From assembly GCA_000697335.1 (NCBI GenBank), contig JNEM01010473.1, positions 1 to 39,894 on the forward strand: a DNA stretch of 39,894 bases, in the 5' to 3' direction. Below, one piece after another: positions 1 through 11,624 of this stretch. The DNA is from Conidiobolus incongruus B7586. Lineage: Eukaryota. The position numbers and the translations under genes are program-made. Within the stretch, counting starts at the first letter, position 1; each line of letters opens with the position of its first letter. Under the pieces are notes generated by a model. The model saw only the letters and a program-made list of their open reading frames with translations, made no database searches and had not been told where the DNA came from.

Positions 1-2697
1 ATTAATAAAAATTAATTAAATATAACTTTTTTAAATAAAATTTTATAATCAAATAATAGAATATATTAATAAAATATAAGAATTAATCTTTAAATAATAA
101 TGAATAGATATTTAAAATAAAATAACGATATATATATAGTAGTTATTAAAATAATATATAGTGTTTTTAAATATAAAATAAATATTATTATATAGTTATA
201 TATTAATTTTATAAAGTAAGTTAATTTGGAAAAAATAATAAATATAGAATATAGTATATAATTAATTGACTATATAATAACTTAAATAATACATATTATT
301 TTGAGTAAATAAATAATTTTAATAATAAAGAATAATTTAAAAAATAAACCTTAACTAATTAATCAAATATAAAATATTATCTTAAATTAAATAATATTAT
401 ATTTAAAAATTAAAATAATCATTATTTCAAATTTTTATATTTTTGACTTAATTTTATATAAATATAGAATTAAAATATAAATTATATAAAAGAATCAAAA
501 TTATATATTATATAAATTATTTTACTATATTTAACCTTGTCAAAATATTTTAAAATAGCCAAATTTCACCTTAATGAGAGATAAAATAAATCAAAACAAT
601 CAAATACTAATCTAATATTACTAATATCTTGATTTATTAATTAATTTATATAAATTATAAAATATATAATAGTATTCTTCATACCACAAATACTATAGAA
701 TTTTTATCTCATAAAAATTAAGAAATCCAAATCATATTAAAATTCAATTATTATTTTCCTTTATAATGTAATTAAATAAAGCTATGAATAATGTTATCTT
801 TATATCATTAATATATTTATAAATTCAATATCAATAGTTGTAATCAATATACCATAATCTATCCAATTTTGATTTAATTTATTAATCATTGACAAATTTC
901 AAATTAATAATATGATTATAAAATTAGTTTCTTATTGTGAGACTATCTTTGATACGTTGTGATTTTAATAGAGCAATTTAGACTATTGAGTTGACACGTT
1001 AGTATTATTATTAATATGTAATACGTAAACCAAGTATTTTTATAGTTTTATACCAAATACAATATAATCATCCTATCTTAATTCTATATTTTTTTATCAA
1101 TAAAATATGTAATAATTATCAGTGTAATTATTTTATTTATTAAAAAGAATTGAATGTAATTAATTTTATCATTATTTTCTGAAAAATTATTAAACAGATT
1201 TGTAATTTATGGAATTGATGATCAAATATCATACTTTTTGGGTATACTATAGCTAATTACTAATTATAATAGTTAATAAAAAATATATTCAGCAGTTTTA
1301 TATAATATTGAATGAATTAGAATGTAATGCTATTGCTACAAAGTCATTAAAAAATTATTCAACTTAAATAGAATAAAATTGAAAATGCCAAATATTGAAT
1401 AAAAATTCATTATCTTCTATTCTACTAAATAATATTAAAAAGGTTTATATTTTGGCTTTTATAGACTGTAATGTAATATCAATTTAATTTAATTTAATCT
1501 TTAACTTAATATTGAGCAATAAAGAGAATTAATTAGATATTTAAACATATTAGCTCAATATATTATGTTTCAACTTGTCACCAATTCAAAGAATATTAAT
1601 AATAAATTCGCACACTATAAAATATAATAAATATTTTATAAGAGAAATAAAATTTTGATTAATAGATTAATATATAATAGTTGAAATCCAAAAAATGATT
1701 TAATTGAAACATTAAAGATGCTGTAATAAGTGTTTTTATATTTTATGCATAAGGGTTTATTATAATAAATATCTAGTTTTAGCATTAATCAATGATACCA
1801 ATAAGATTAGATTTTGGTAATATTTATTAAGGTTATATCTTAATTGCAATATTCAAAATTTATTAAGTATACAAATTTGTTACTTTAATTTGAGTATTTG
1901 ACCTTATTTGAATTTTGAATATTTGATCAAATTTTTTATTATGATAATTTAATATTATTATTATTATTATTATTCATATAAGATAATCATTTATTAATTA
2001 TTAAATTATTTTTTTATAATATTGATATTAAACCAAAATACTTGAAAATATAATTAAAATCATTCGATTTATAAAGAACTTTTACATTTATATATATGAA
2101 GTCAATTTATTACTTTTGGTCTATAATTTTTAAGTTTCATTTTAATATTTATTTAGCAATTTTAATGTTATTTTATTGGTTATATTTATTATTGTTTGTC
2201 ATATCAATGCTTTTATTAATATTTTAAAGGATAAATTTGATTATAACATTCCATCTAATAATTTGTTTTCATCCTCATTTTTCTAATCAATTTCCACCTA
2301 TCAAACATAACCTCAAACATTACAAAAATAAAAGAATCACTTTTATCAATTAATTTATTGAAATATTATTGAATATTTATAAAAATTCTAGCATATATTA
2401 CCCAAAATAAATTCCTAGCTTTTATAGATATAGCATCAATAATTTCAATCTAAATTAATAATCAATATTAAAACATAAAATAAAAATAGTTTTATTGGAA
2501 TTGATTCCTGCAAAAACGTGAATTCGACTATGTAGCCATATAGAATTGAACATTTTTGGAACTAAGAGTGATGTTGATATATCAATATATATTATATATC
2601 GTGGTTATTGTGGTATGATGATATCAAACTATTCAAAAGATAATGTAATATATGATAAAACAATTATAAACTAATACACGGGTTGGGAAGAATAATA

Positions 2698-3684
2698 TTA
2701 CAGGTCCAAGTCATCGGCCATCATATTGGAAGTGAGTGTGACTTTCTCACCAGGCTTGAAAGCTGGCATACCTAAATATGGACATGAGGCACATCTGAAA
2801 GCATCTCCCAAATAGCACTAAAATCAATATAATTAGTAATGAATCATTGAATGAATTCAAAAGTATAACTTACATTGCCACATGATGAGGTAGGGGCAGC
2901 AGCTGAAGCGGCATTGGCTTGGGCTTCTTTTTTAGCTTCTTCCTGTTCGATTTCAGCAAGACCACAGGTGCAGTTCTTACAAGCTTTCTTTTTGACAACA
3001 CCATTACCAGGACCTATTAAATTAAAATACATGTTGATAAATAGAACGTAGGTTAATAATATGTAGCAATAACTTACGAGCTAAAGATTCCGAAGAAGGT
3101 TTAATTAAATCTTCTTCCTCCAACAAATCGTCTTCGTCCTCAATTTCGTTGTCGTCTGCCATCGTCCACAATTCCATCTTGGAAGTAAGGGTACCTGATT
3201 TTTCTTCGGATGATTTTTTAAACTTGAGAGAAAAAGTAGCTCCAGTTTGGTAATCGGGTTTAGTTCCCGAAATTAAAACTAGATTTGAGGTGGATTTTTC
3301 AACTTTCTGTGTGGATAAGGAGCTGAATCCAATTAGTTTGAGATCTGCTTCAACATCGCTGAGGTTGTGGACGGAATTGCTGTCAACTAAATAGTACAAT
3401 TGACCATTAGGCTTCAAACTGGCATATAGTTTAGAAGTTAATAAGCTGGGCAAATTGGCTAAATGAGCTGGGAGAGAAGTCAAGAAGATGGTGGTGTATT
3501 TTTCATTGGCGAAATCTAAATCACTAGCACGTTCGGCAGCTTCAAATTGAAAGTTATCTTCACTGACCAAGGTCAATAATTGAGTACGAATAGAATTCAA
3601 AACCTCGGGATTAGTATCCTTGGAGGCAAAGAATAAAATATTAGAGATTTGAGAATGATTCAAATAATTTTTGATTTCCATCAT
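2698..3684 (-). CDS. DRE2: Anamorsin/Dre2 (CIAPIN1), electron carrier of cytosolic Fe-S assembly; 3 exons (3078-3684, 2874-3013, 2698-2817), ~288 aa
   Basis: Spliced translation: methyltransferase-like N-terminus, acidic linker [26 protein letters not shown] and [31 protein letters not shown]. Both introns are GTAAG...TAG and keep frame. Confidence 0.95.
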
Positions 3685-4904
3685 ATCAGTTAATATTTAG
3701 TTAGTATATTAATCAAATTTATTGAAAAGGGTTATATGAAGGGATTTTATATTCATTTGACAACCACAGTTTGATTACTAATTAAAATAAATAAGTGGAT
3801 ATAAGATTTATGGGATGATTAGATAACACAAATGATCATATGTGATTATGTTGATAAAGATAAAAATGATTAATCATATGATTAAAATCTATCATATATA
3901 TACATATATATATGTATCTAAAAATATTTATTAATTCCTTAGATAAGCATAACACATGATATTTTCAACAGTTAAAATACTATTTAAATTATCAAAAGTT
4001 TGTGAATGAACAAAGTATTATTCTAAAACTTGCAATATTTCAACATAATTTGTGAAATAAAAATCAAAACAAATTTTGAATTGATTAATTAGTAAATTTG
4101 GAAGAGTTAATTTGATAATTAATCACTTAAAAAATATCAAAATTCTTTAAATTATTTTTTGGTATCTTACTATATTTTAATATTAGCTAAATTTTCAGTT
4201 TGGAATATTACAAGATTATATCAATATACAATAAAAATAGATTAATGTTTAATAATTTGTTGCTTTTTAAATAACCATTATATCAAGTAATTGAATTTGA
4301 TTTTCCATCAAATTTGGTGATAATGATAACACCATCTTGGGTTTAATATATATTATTAAATATCATTTTTACTTAATATAAGAATTAAGGACAATTTTAA
4401 TATTTAATATTATAATTATTAATAGTAAGATAGCTTATGTTAATTTTAACATATATTAAAATAAATTTTAATTGCGATATCCAGATTCTGATTAAATTAT
4501 TTTTTACTAAGTAATTATATCAAAAACAAAACTTTGAATATATATTGAATTCAAATTTATACAGTTGTTAAAGGGTGAAAATCTAACTATTTTGGCGTTA
4601 ATATATAATAAATATTAATTACAGCAATATATTTACGAATTTGATATAGGGAAATATAAGCCAACAACAACCAAGGATCCAATCAATTCTAATTTACTTA
4701 TAACTTTTGGACCAAGAATTCTGATACATGACAATCTACTCAAGAAAAATTCCAATTTAAAAAGTTTACGTGATAATTCTTTGTTAAAATTTAATTTTAC
4801 AAGCATTCATATCAAATAATTTTAGTAATCAATGAAACCAAATAAAATAAATAATTTCAAAATCAAATTTGGGAAACAATAATTATACTTATTTTAAGGA
4901 TATT

Positions 4905-5057
4905 ATGCTCTAGTTTTCAATATTATCCCGATACTATAATGAATTACCTCGTCTTGATTGTAATTGCCAATTCGAAATATCTCCCCAAATTGACGAATTA
5001 ATTATTTCATATAACAACCATAATCTTCGACTGTCAATTACAATTAAATTAAGATTA

Positions 5058-5099
<42 letters not shown>

Positions 5100-6020
5100 T
5101 TAATTCTATAATTGTTCTATTCAATTAATTGGTGTAATAAATGTTTTGAATTATAGGATAGGTTCTTGGAATGAGATCCCCATTATAATTAGTGAATTGA
5201 TACATACTAAATCGATTGTTATGAATGTGAGAAAGAGACGAAAGAGTGGGATATCGAAATGAGGGTATCCTGCAATATTCCATTCTCCATAAAAACTGAA
5301 AAAATGCACTTAAGTTATTTGATTCGAGCAGAATTGTATCAATCACCTAATGCCACATTTTTGAAAGTAAGTCACCCTTTGACTATCAAAGATTACTCGG
5401 AGCAAAGTTTAATGAGTTTTCGTCATTGATTGGATCCTTTCGAGTTTGGGGAGGCGGATCATTCTAACTTAAAATTCAGTTTAGTAGGATCAAAACGATG
5501 CTTCTATAAAGTGCAAAAATATAAAGTAAAATTTGAATTTTCAATATGATCAATGCAAATTGGTATCAATTGAAGTGAGTTTAGTACAATTATTTACAAT
5601 CATTCAATGTTTGGCGAATTGTTCACTCCCTCCGAGTTGGCTGGCCTTAAGGAAGCAAATTATTGACCCAATCGAGTTTGAAGAGAATGGCAGGCTGTCT
5701 CGATCCATTGAGTTTCGAATCAATGTCTATGAAAATGGTACAAGCGATATTATTTACCTTCGTCGACGAACAATACATTCCAAATTTATCATTACATCCA
5801 AATCAAATCGAAATATGAAGATATTCAAGGGAACCAGAAGAACTACAACAATCAATTCCCTATCAAAATCATTGCCATAAATAGTAATTTTATGACGAGT
5901 GGTATGAGTTTGGAAGAAAATGATAGTGCTTATAAAGATGAATTACTTCATTATTGTCAGGACCAATTAATAGAAATTGATAGTTATAACGATTGTCCAT
6001 TGCCACCTGCTTATACATAA
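4905..6020 (+). pseudogene. Degenerate alpha-arrestin (arrestin N/C domain)-like gene
   Basis: Fragments in shifting frames: SIQLIG; CNIPFSIKTEKMHLSYLIRAEL; LPSSTNNTFQIYHYIQI...FPIKII; C-terminal DCPLPPAYT* (PPxY motif, TAA 6018-6020). In-frame TGA at 5427-5429 and several frameshifts. 5' limit approximate; family call is by pattern only. Confidence 0.55.
5061..5099 (+). repeat. (AAT)13 microsatellite inside the arrestin-like remnant
   Basis: Perfect AAT run read directly. Confidence 0.9.
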
Positions 6021-6319
6021 TTGATTTTTATAATTATGTTTTGAGCATTAAATAAAGCAAATTTCCTTATGATATATATAATATAAACATATACGAAATC
6101 AATTAGAATTATAATACAAAGTAGTCTAGAGTATAATATTAGTCAATAATATATTCACAATTGACAATTTCGGATTAGATTGAGATTGTCACTTTTCAAG
6201 ATTAAATTTGAAAATCGGATGGAACTAAATAAAAGAATGATGGTTAATAAAATAACAAAAAGTGTTTAAACAATTTGAATTTTATTAAACTAGATTGCCT
6301 TCGAGTGGGAATCTTTAAA

Positions 6320-6676
6320 TTATTTCTTTGATAAAGCGTTAAATTCGTCTCTTTCCTTAAATTCTAATTCGACTTGTTTAATAATAGGTAACAAGTAAGA
6401 AATATCTTCCTCAGGCTTAATCCATTCTTCCTTAGGGAGTTCGGAGTGAGATAAACTACACTGGAAAGCTCTACGAATACGAAAAGCTCTAGCATCGAGT
6501 TCTTTGGCAGGTAAACGACGGAGAGCTTCTTGAACAACATCGTTTTCTTCGGAAATTAAATCATCGTATCTTAAACCGACTTTACGGTAACCAGCGATAT
6601 CGGGATAAATTTTAACGATAGGGTTGAAGATAGCAGATAAGAACTTGGAATTTCTAACGTAAGGAGCTAAACTCAT
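6320..6676 (-). CDS. QCR7: Cytochrome bc1 complex subunit 7 (UQCRB), intronless, 118 aa
   Basis: AGYRKVGLRYDDLISEEN...EALRRLP...RAFRIRRAFQCSLSHSELPKEEWIKPEEDISYLLP matches the UCR 14 kDa family pattern. Confidence 0.96.
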   Translation of the reverse strand: MSLAPYVRNSKFLSAIFNPIVKIYPDIAGYRKVGLRYDDLISEENDVVQEALRRLPAKELDARAFRIRRAFQCSLSHSELPKEEWIKPEEDISYLLPIIKQVELEFKERDEFNALSKK

Positions 6677-7494
6677 ATTTAATTGTTTATCTTTTGATTT
6701 AATTGAATTTTTTTCTCTTCAATTGAAATTCTATTTGAAAATCAGACATGTATCCTTATATATTAAAATTAAATTTTATGGGATTGAGAATATTCTATAT
6801 ATGATAATTTGAGTGAACGATTAGATTAGATCATGAGGTGATAAATTTACATTTTTGGTAATTTTCTATTTGATAATATACTATTCTTTATCTTTGTATT
6901 TTAATCAATAGAATACTTTATTTGAAAGGATATCATTATTTCAATTGAAAAATATATAAATTTCATAAAATACAATATTATTGGAGATTACTATTCGAAT
7001 CTCATCTATTAATATCTGAGGATTATTAATCTCAATTCTTCAAATTCTTCAAATATTTTTACATCTATCAGATGATATTGATAGATTATTAACAATGATT
7101 ATTTTAAAAATCAACATTCTTATATTTAAAAAAATATGGCTATTATTATACAAATTTTATATTTTAAATTTTAAATTAATAATGATAACATTATTAGTCT
7201 TTATATTGATCATAAAACGTTGTAAGCTTTCTTTAGTTAAAATTATTATTAGTTGAAGAAATGCGTGTCCCTAATGGTATTATTGTTTGAGAATTATATA
7301 TATTTAGGATATGAAAGCATGGATGAATATAATGTCAAATATAAATGGAATTTATAATATGGTAGATATTATTTATTATTTTAATATTTAGCACCAAATT
7401 AATGTATGCAAAATTTTTAAATTTTTGAATTACATTTTCAAACTGTCAAAATACACTATTGAATTTTTTATATATATTAACCAAATATGTTTTC

Positions 7495-10400
7495 AAATAT
7501 TATGGCATGTTAACCAAAAAAATGTAATCATTTTGAGCTTAAGCAATGGGGGTACTCTCTTTTGTTCAGGCCAAAGTTGATCTAAGGTGTAAGCATCATA
7601 CAGGAATCCATTAATAGGAATGAGAAATATTTCTAAGATATTTAAGATCCTCTAAAGGAGATATCTTTGCAGAATATATAATAAAATCATCAAGTTTTCC
7701 CTTTTCTGAAGATCTTAAATCCTTCTACCCGAGAATTTTAGCAATATTCTTTGTGGCTACTTGTAACGCTAGATAGTTGGTCATTCCATTCATCGACAAC
7801 ATTCAAAGCTTTTAGATGTATCCAATACCCTGTGTTCCGCTATGGGTACTTGGATTGACTAAAACATTGCAAAGAGTTAGATTGATCATTGTTTGACTGA
7901 TCTCGAGGAAAACATACTCTCTCTTATCCGTCAAACTTCTACCAAAAGTATCTCCTTTCAATTCTCGCAACGGATGGCGTTGGCGCAATTTCGAATCTTC
8001 TCATACATTATAAGACTGATATCAATAAATTTCACCTACAACGCCTATTAAAGCTTACAACGAGTTCAGAGGTAGCTGTAGTTCCAAATTTTCCAAATAG
8101 AATTCTGAGACATTCATAGAAGATATCAACTGAAATGACATGCTCAATTGTTGTACGTCCATCAATGATTTGATTGACATTCCAAGAAAATTGCATACCT
8201 CCCTCTGGAACAACTAACATACCTAGTTCTCGAGCTGCTTGCAAAATCATTTGGCGTGAATATCGAGAAGACTGATTATATGACTTTGCTGAGAATCCAC
8301 CATAAGATTTGAGAAGTCTTAAAATGGATTTAGCATTTTCATAGTTATTAACTTCCACACCTCCACTATCAGCAGCCCCATATAAAATGGTTCCTGTAGT
8401 GAAAATTCTAGGCGCTAGAAGACGACCAGAACGAACAAGTTCTTGCTCAACAAACCCTCGAACAGTGTCATAGGAAGGATTGTTCATTGCTGTTACTCCA
8501 AACGTTGAGGCTAGTTGATGCTGCCAATGGGATCACACAGAAAAGCCAAAACCTTCCCAGTGAGCGTGTTGACCCATAAGACTTGGTAACATAGTACTAC
8601 CATTCAGGTTTATCACTTTGGCGTCGTCTGGAATGGATATACCGCTGGCTTCAGCAATTGCTAATATCTTGTTGTTCTGTATTACTAAACTTTCTAATTG
8701 TATCAAATCTTTATTTTAGTCACCAGTCCGCATTGTCACCATTATAGCATTATCCAAAACTAATATCTTATCAGAAGGAGAACGAGAGATGGGCACTTTG
8801 ACAGATATATCATAGGATTTGAGTCACAGTTGAAAACATTCATAGCCAAAATATTGATCAAATTTAGAAATATATTCACATTTCGATCGAACTGTTGGTA
8901 TATGTACTTCAATTTGGATGCTATCTGTAAGATAGTATACATATTCACCTTCAGGGCCTGCTATTAATGAAGTTTGACCTTCATCTTTAGACATCTGATT
9001 AAATCTTCAGTTGAATTACCAGGTTTACTCCAATAAGTGATATTCATTTTAGCAGATGTAATATAAATCTGTCGATATTGGGGAAATGCAACAATTTTTC
9101 CATCTTGACTCAAAATTCCATCAGCAGATTATTTTCAACAATTCCTAAGACAGAAATTTTCTGCTTCCAAGTCGTATAGGAATGGATCGCCATACCCACC
9201 AATATCTAGTTGCTTATCGTCAGATGTAGATATGGCTCCGTTGGTCTCGTCAGGAATCAATAATTCTGTTGAATCTTTGATCACTTGATAGTTATCGTCA
9301 AGCTCTTCAATTCAAACGTCCAATTTAGCAGTACTAAACAAAGTAGTGCATATTTCATCGCCTATTTTCTTCGTAAAGGTGAATTTGTTGCCATTATATG
9401 ATACCGAAATGTAATTATATTTTCCTTTTGGGAGATCCAAAGCAGGTATCGCTCTGTTCTGCTTAATTTCGACAATTTCGATGATCGAAAGTTTGAGATA
9501 GTTCCATCATGATTGGATTATGATGTTATCTTTTGTAGGATGGAAGAAAGGTGCATAGCTATTATCCTTAGGATTTGTTAAATTTAATTTAATAGATTCT
9601 CTTGTTTTCAAATACTTGATATATGTTTGACCAGGAGCTTTTTATACAATTAGATCACCTTTGTGGCTGATGGCATAAAATTGTGTGGCTTTCCTATTGA
9701 ATGTGTCGCTATTGGATGTTTCAATCAAATCGTACTTATGCTTTACAGTTGAAGCCATACTCAAATCTATATCGACTTTAAAAGGGATAACAGTGATTGG
9801 TGAAGAGCCTAAAGGCACACAATTGATCTTTCCTCTAGTTCAAATTATGATATCAAAATAATTAGGTAGCTAAACGAATCTTGGACAAACTCTATTGGAA
9901 GCAAAATTTCCTTGATCATCTCTAAATAGACCATCTTGGATTATCGTTACATCACCTGATTCAAGATCTTTGACAATTGAATCCCATTTAACCTCCATTT
10001 TACGCACAAATGCAAACTTAATACCATCGCGAGAAGGGATAGAACGACCGGCTCGGCCTTCTAATTCAACTATTTTCAAAGTTTCTTCTTGCGATGTTAT
10101 GTTATAGCTGTATATATTGCAAATTCCAGGTTGTGGATTTTTGTCATAATGCCAAATATTTGCATTTTTATCATTAGTGGATAGCAGGCAATATCACCAG
10201 AACCGCTTGGAGTGAATATAGTTTCTTCAACGCCAATTTCAAAAATCTTCTTATCCAAAATAAGTTCTGGTGTGCTAATACTCTCTCCATTCAATTTATA
10301 TCGTTGAACAGTTCCTTCAGGGATTTATCGGTCTGAAGTAAACCACTTTACTGTAACAGTCTCTTGACCATTGGACGACATCGATCATTTGCTACCTAAC

Positions 10401-10932
10401 TATAAACCTCATCTGCAATTTGACGATTTGATTTAACTTGTCTATTCATGGCTCATAAATTGTCAATTCTACTGATATCATCAGCATACAATATACTTTT
10501 GCTGGTGGGGGAACATTTAGACTGAATTTCCAATGACAACCCTTCAATTAATTTCGCATCGCCTTCCTCAATAGGTATAGTATAGATTTCTCCAAGCAAA
10601 TAGAATGCGATTTCTTTGCCTTCGGAACTCACGTCTAAATTCATCCAAGTACCTTCATCCAACACAGCTTGCATTGCTCAGTTCAAAGTTTTTCCAATAT
10701 CCCAGTCCTTGGCCAAGGGTCTAAGTGGCCATGGATCTTCATTTGAATTTGTCAGACTGGAGCACTTTTCATTAGTACCAGGAGTTATATCTTTAAATAG
10801 GAAACGCGACCCCGGTAATTCATGATCTCCTTTTATATTATATCTCACAGTACTTACTAATGTACGTTTGAATCTGTGAGCCCAACAACAAGATATTAAA
10901 AAACAAAATATTACAATTTTTATTGATTTCAT
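7495..10932 (-). pseudogene. Disrupted secreted amidohydrolase with N-terminal TolB/PD40-like beta-propeller
   Basis: Signal peptide MKSIKIVIFCFLISCCWA; LDEGTWMNLDVS.EGKEIAFYLLGEIYTIP; HxH motif (HAH, 8560-8568); GVTAMNNPS; PRIFTTGTILYG; KSYNQ; MLVVPEGG; TTIEH; EKGKLDDFII; INGFLYDAYTLDQLWP. In-frame stops (e.g. 10678-10680, 8533-8535, several near 7725-7815) and frameshifts. 3' end approximate. Confidence 0.85.
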
Positions 10933-11624
10933 TTATAATATTTTTTTTATTTTTCAACATATTAATTGGTTTTAAAACAAGCTATTCCAGTATATGAAAG
11001 TGTGCCTTTATTAATGAATATTTTCATACAATTAAATCGTGATATTATGATGAAAGTTATGATTTGGAGCTAATTCCACATTTATTCACACTAAAATTCG
11101 TTAATAAGTGTAATGATTATTGCCTTTTTTCGTCCAAGCAAAGAGGTATTCTTCTTAAATTGGATATCATGCTTTGTCCATTTTTATTATTGAATTGTAG
11201 TTGTTCTAAAGCTTGAATTTTTTTAATTTATTGAAATCATATCGACAAATGATTATCATGCATTTAATTTAAATATATACATTATTTTATTATTGATAAC
11301 GTTAATTCAAATAGAGAATTGCTAACTATAGAAGAGAGAAAATTATATACATCTCAATTTAAGTGGAATAATTTATTTTAATATTCTTGTCGAATATAAT
11401 ATTTTTGTATTAAATAAACATTTATTATTACTATCTGTGGAAATATTGTAACAAATCACAATAATGTAAAGTTTATATCATTTAAATAAAAAATGTGATA
11501 CTAGGTCACACAATATAATTGAAAATGAAATAAAATGGTTAATATTAGATAACAATCCATGAAAAATATTTATTTGAATAATACATATAGCAAACTAATC
11601 AGTTTTAAATAAATGAATGATAAA

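Noticed and set aside
3817..3950. GATAA sites upstream of DRE2 as iron-repressor (SreA/Fep1-type) elements
   Set aside because: GATAA is too frequent in DNA this AT-rich to be informative.
8032..10932. Several separate small genes or a spliced amidohydrolase
   Set aside because: The fragments are collinear parts of one protein, and the breaks are in-frame stops or indels in conserved motifs, not GT-AG introns.
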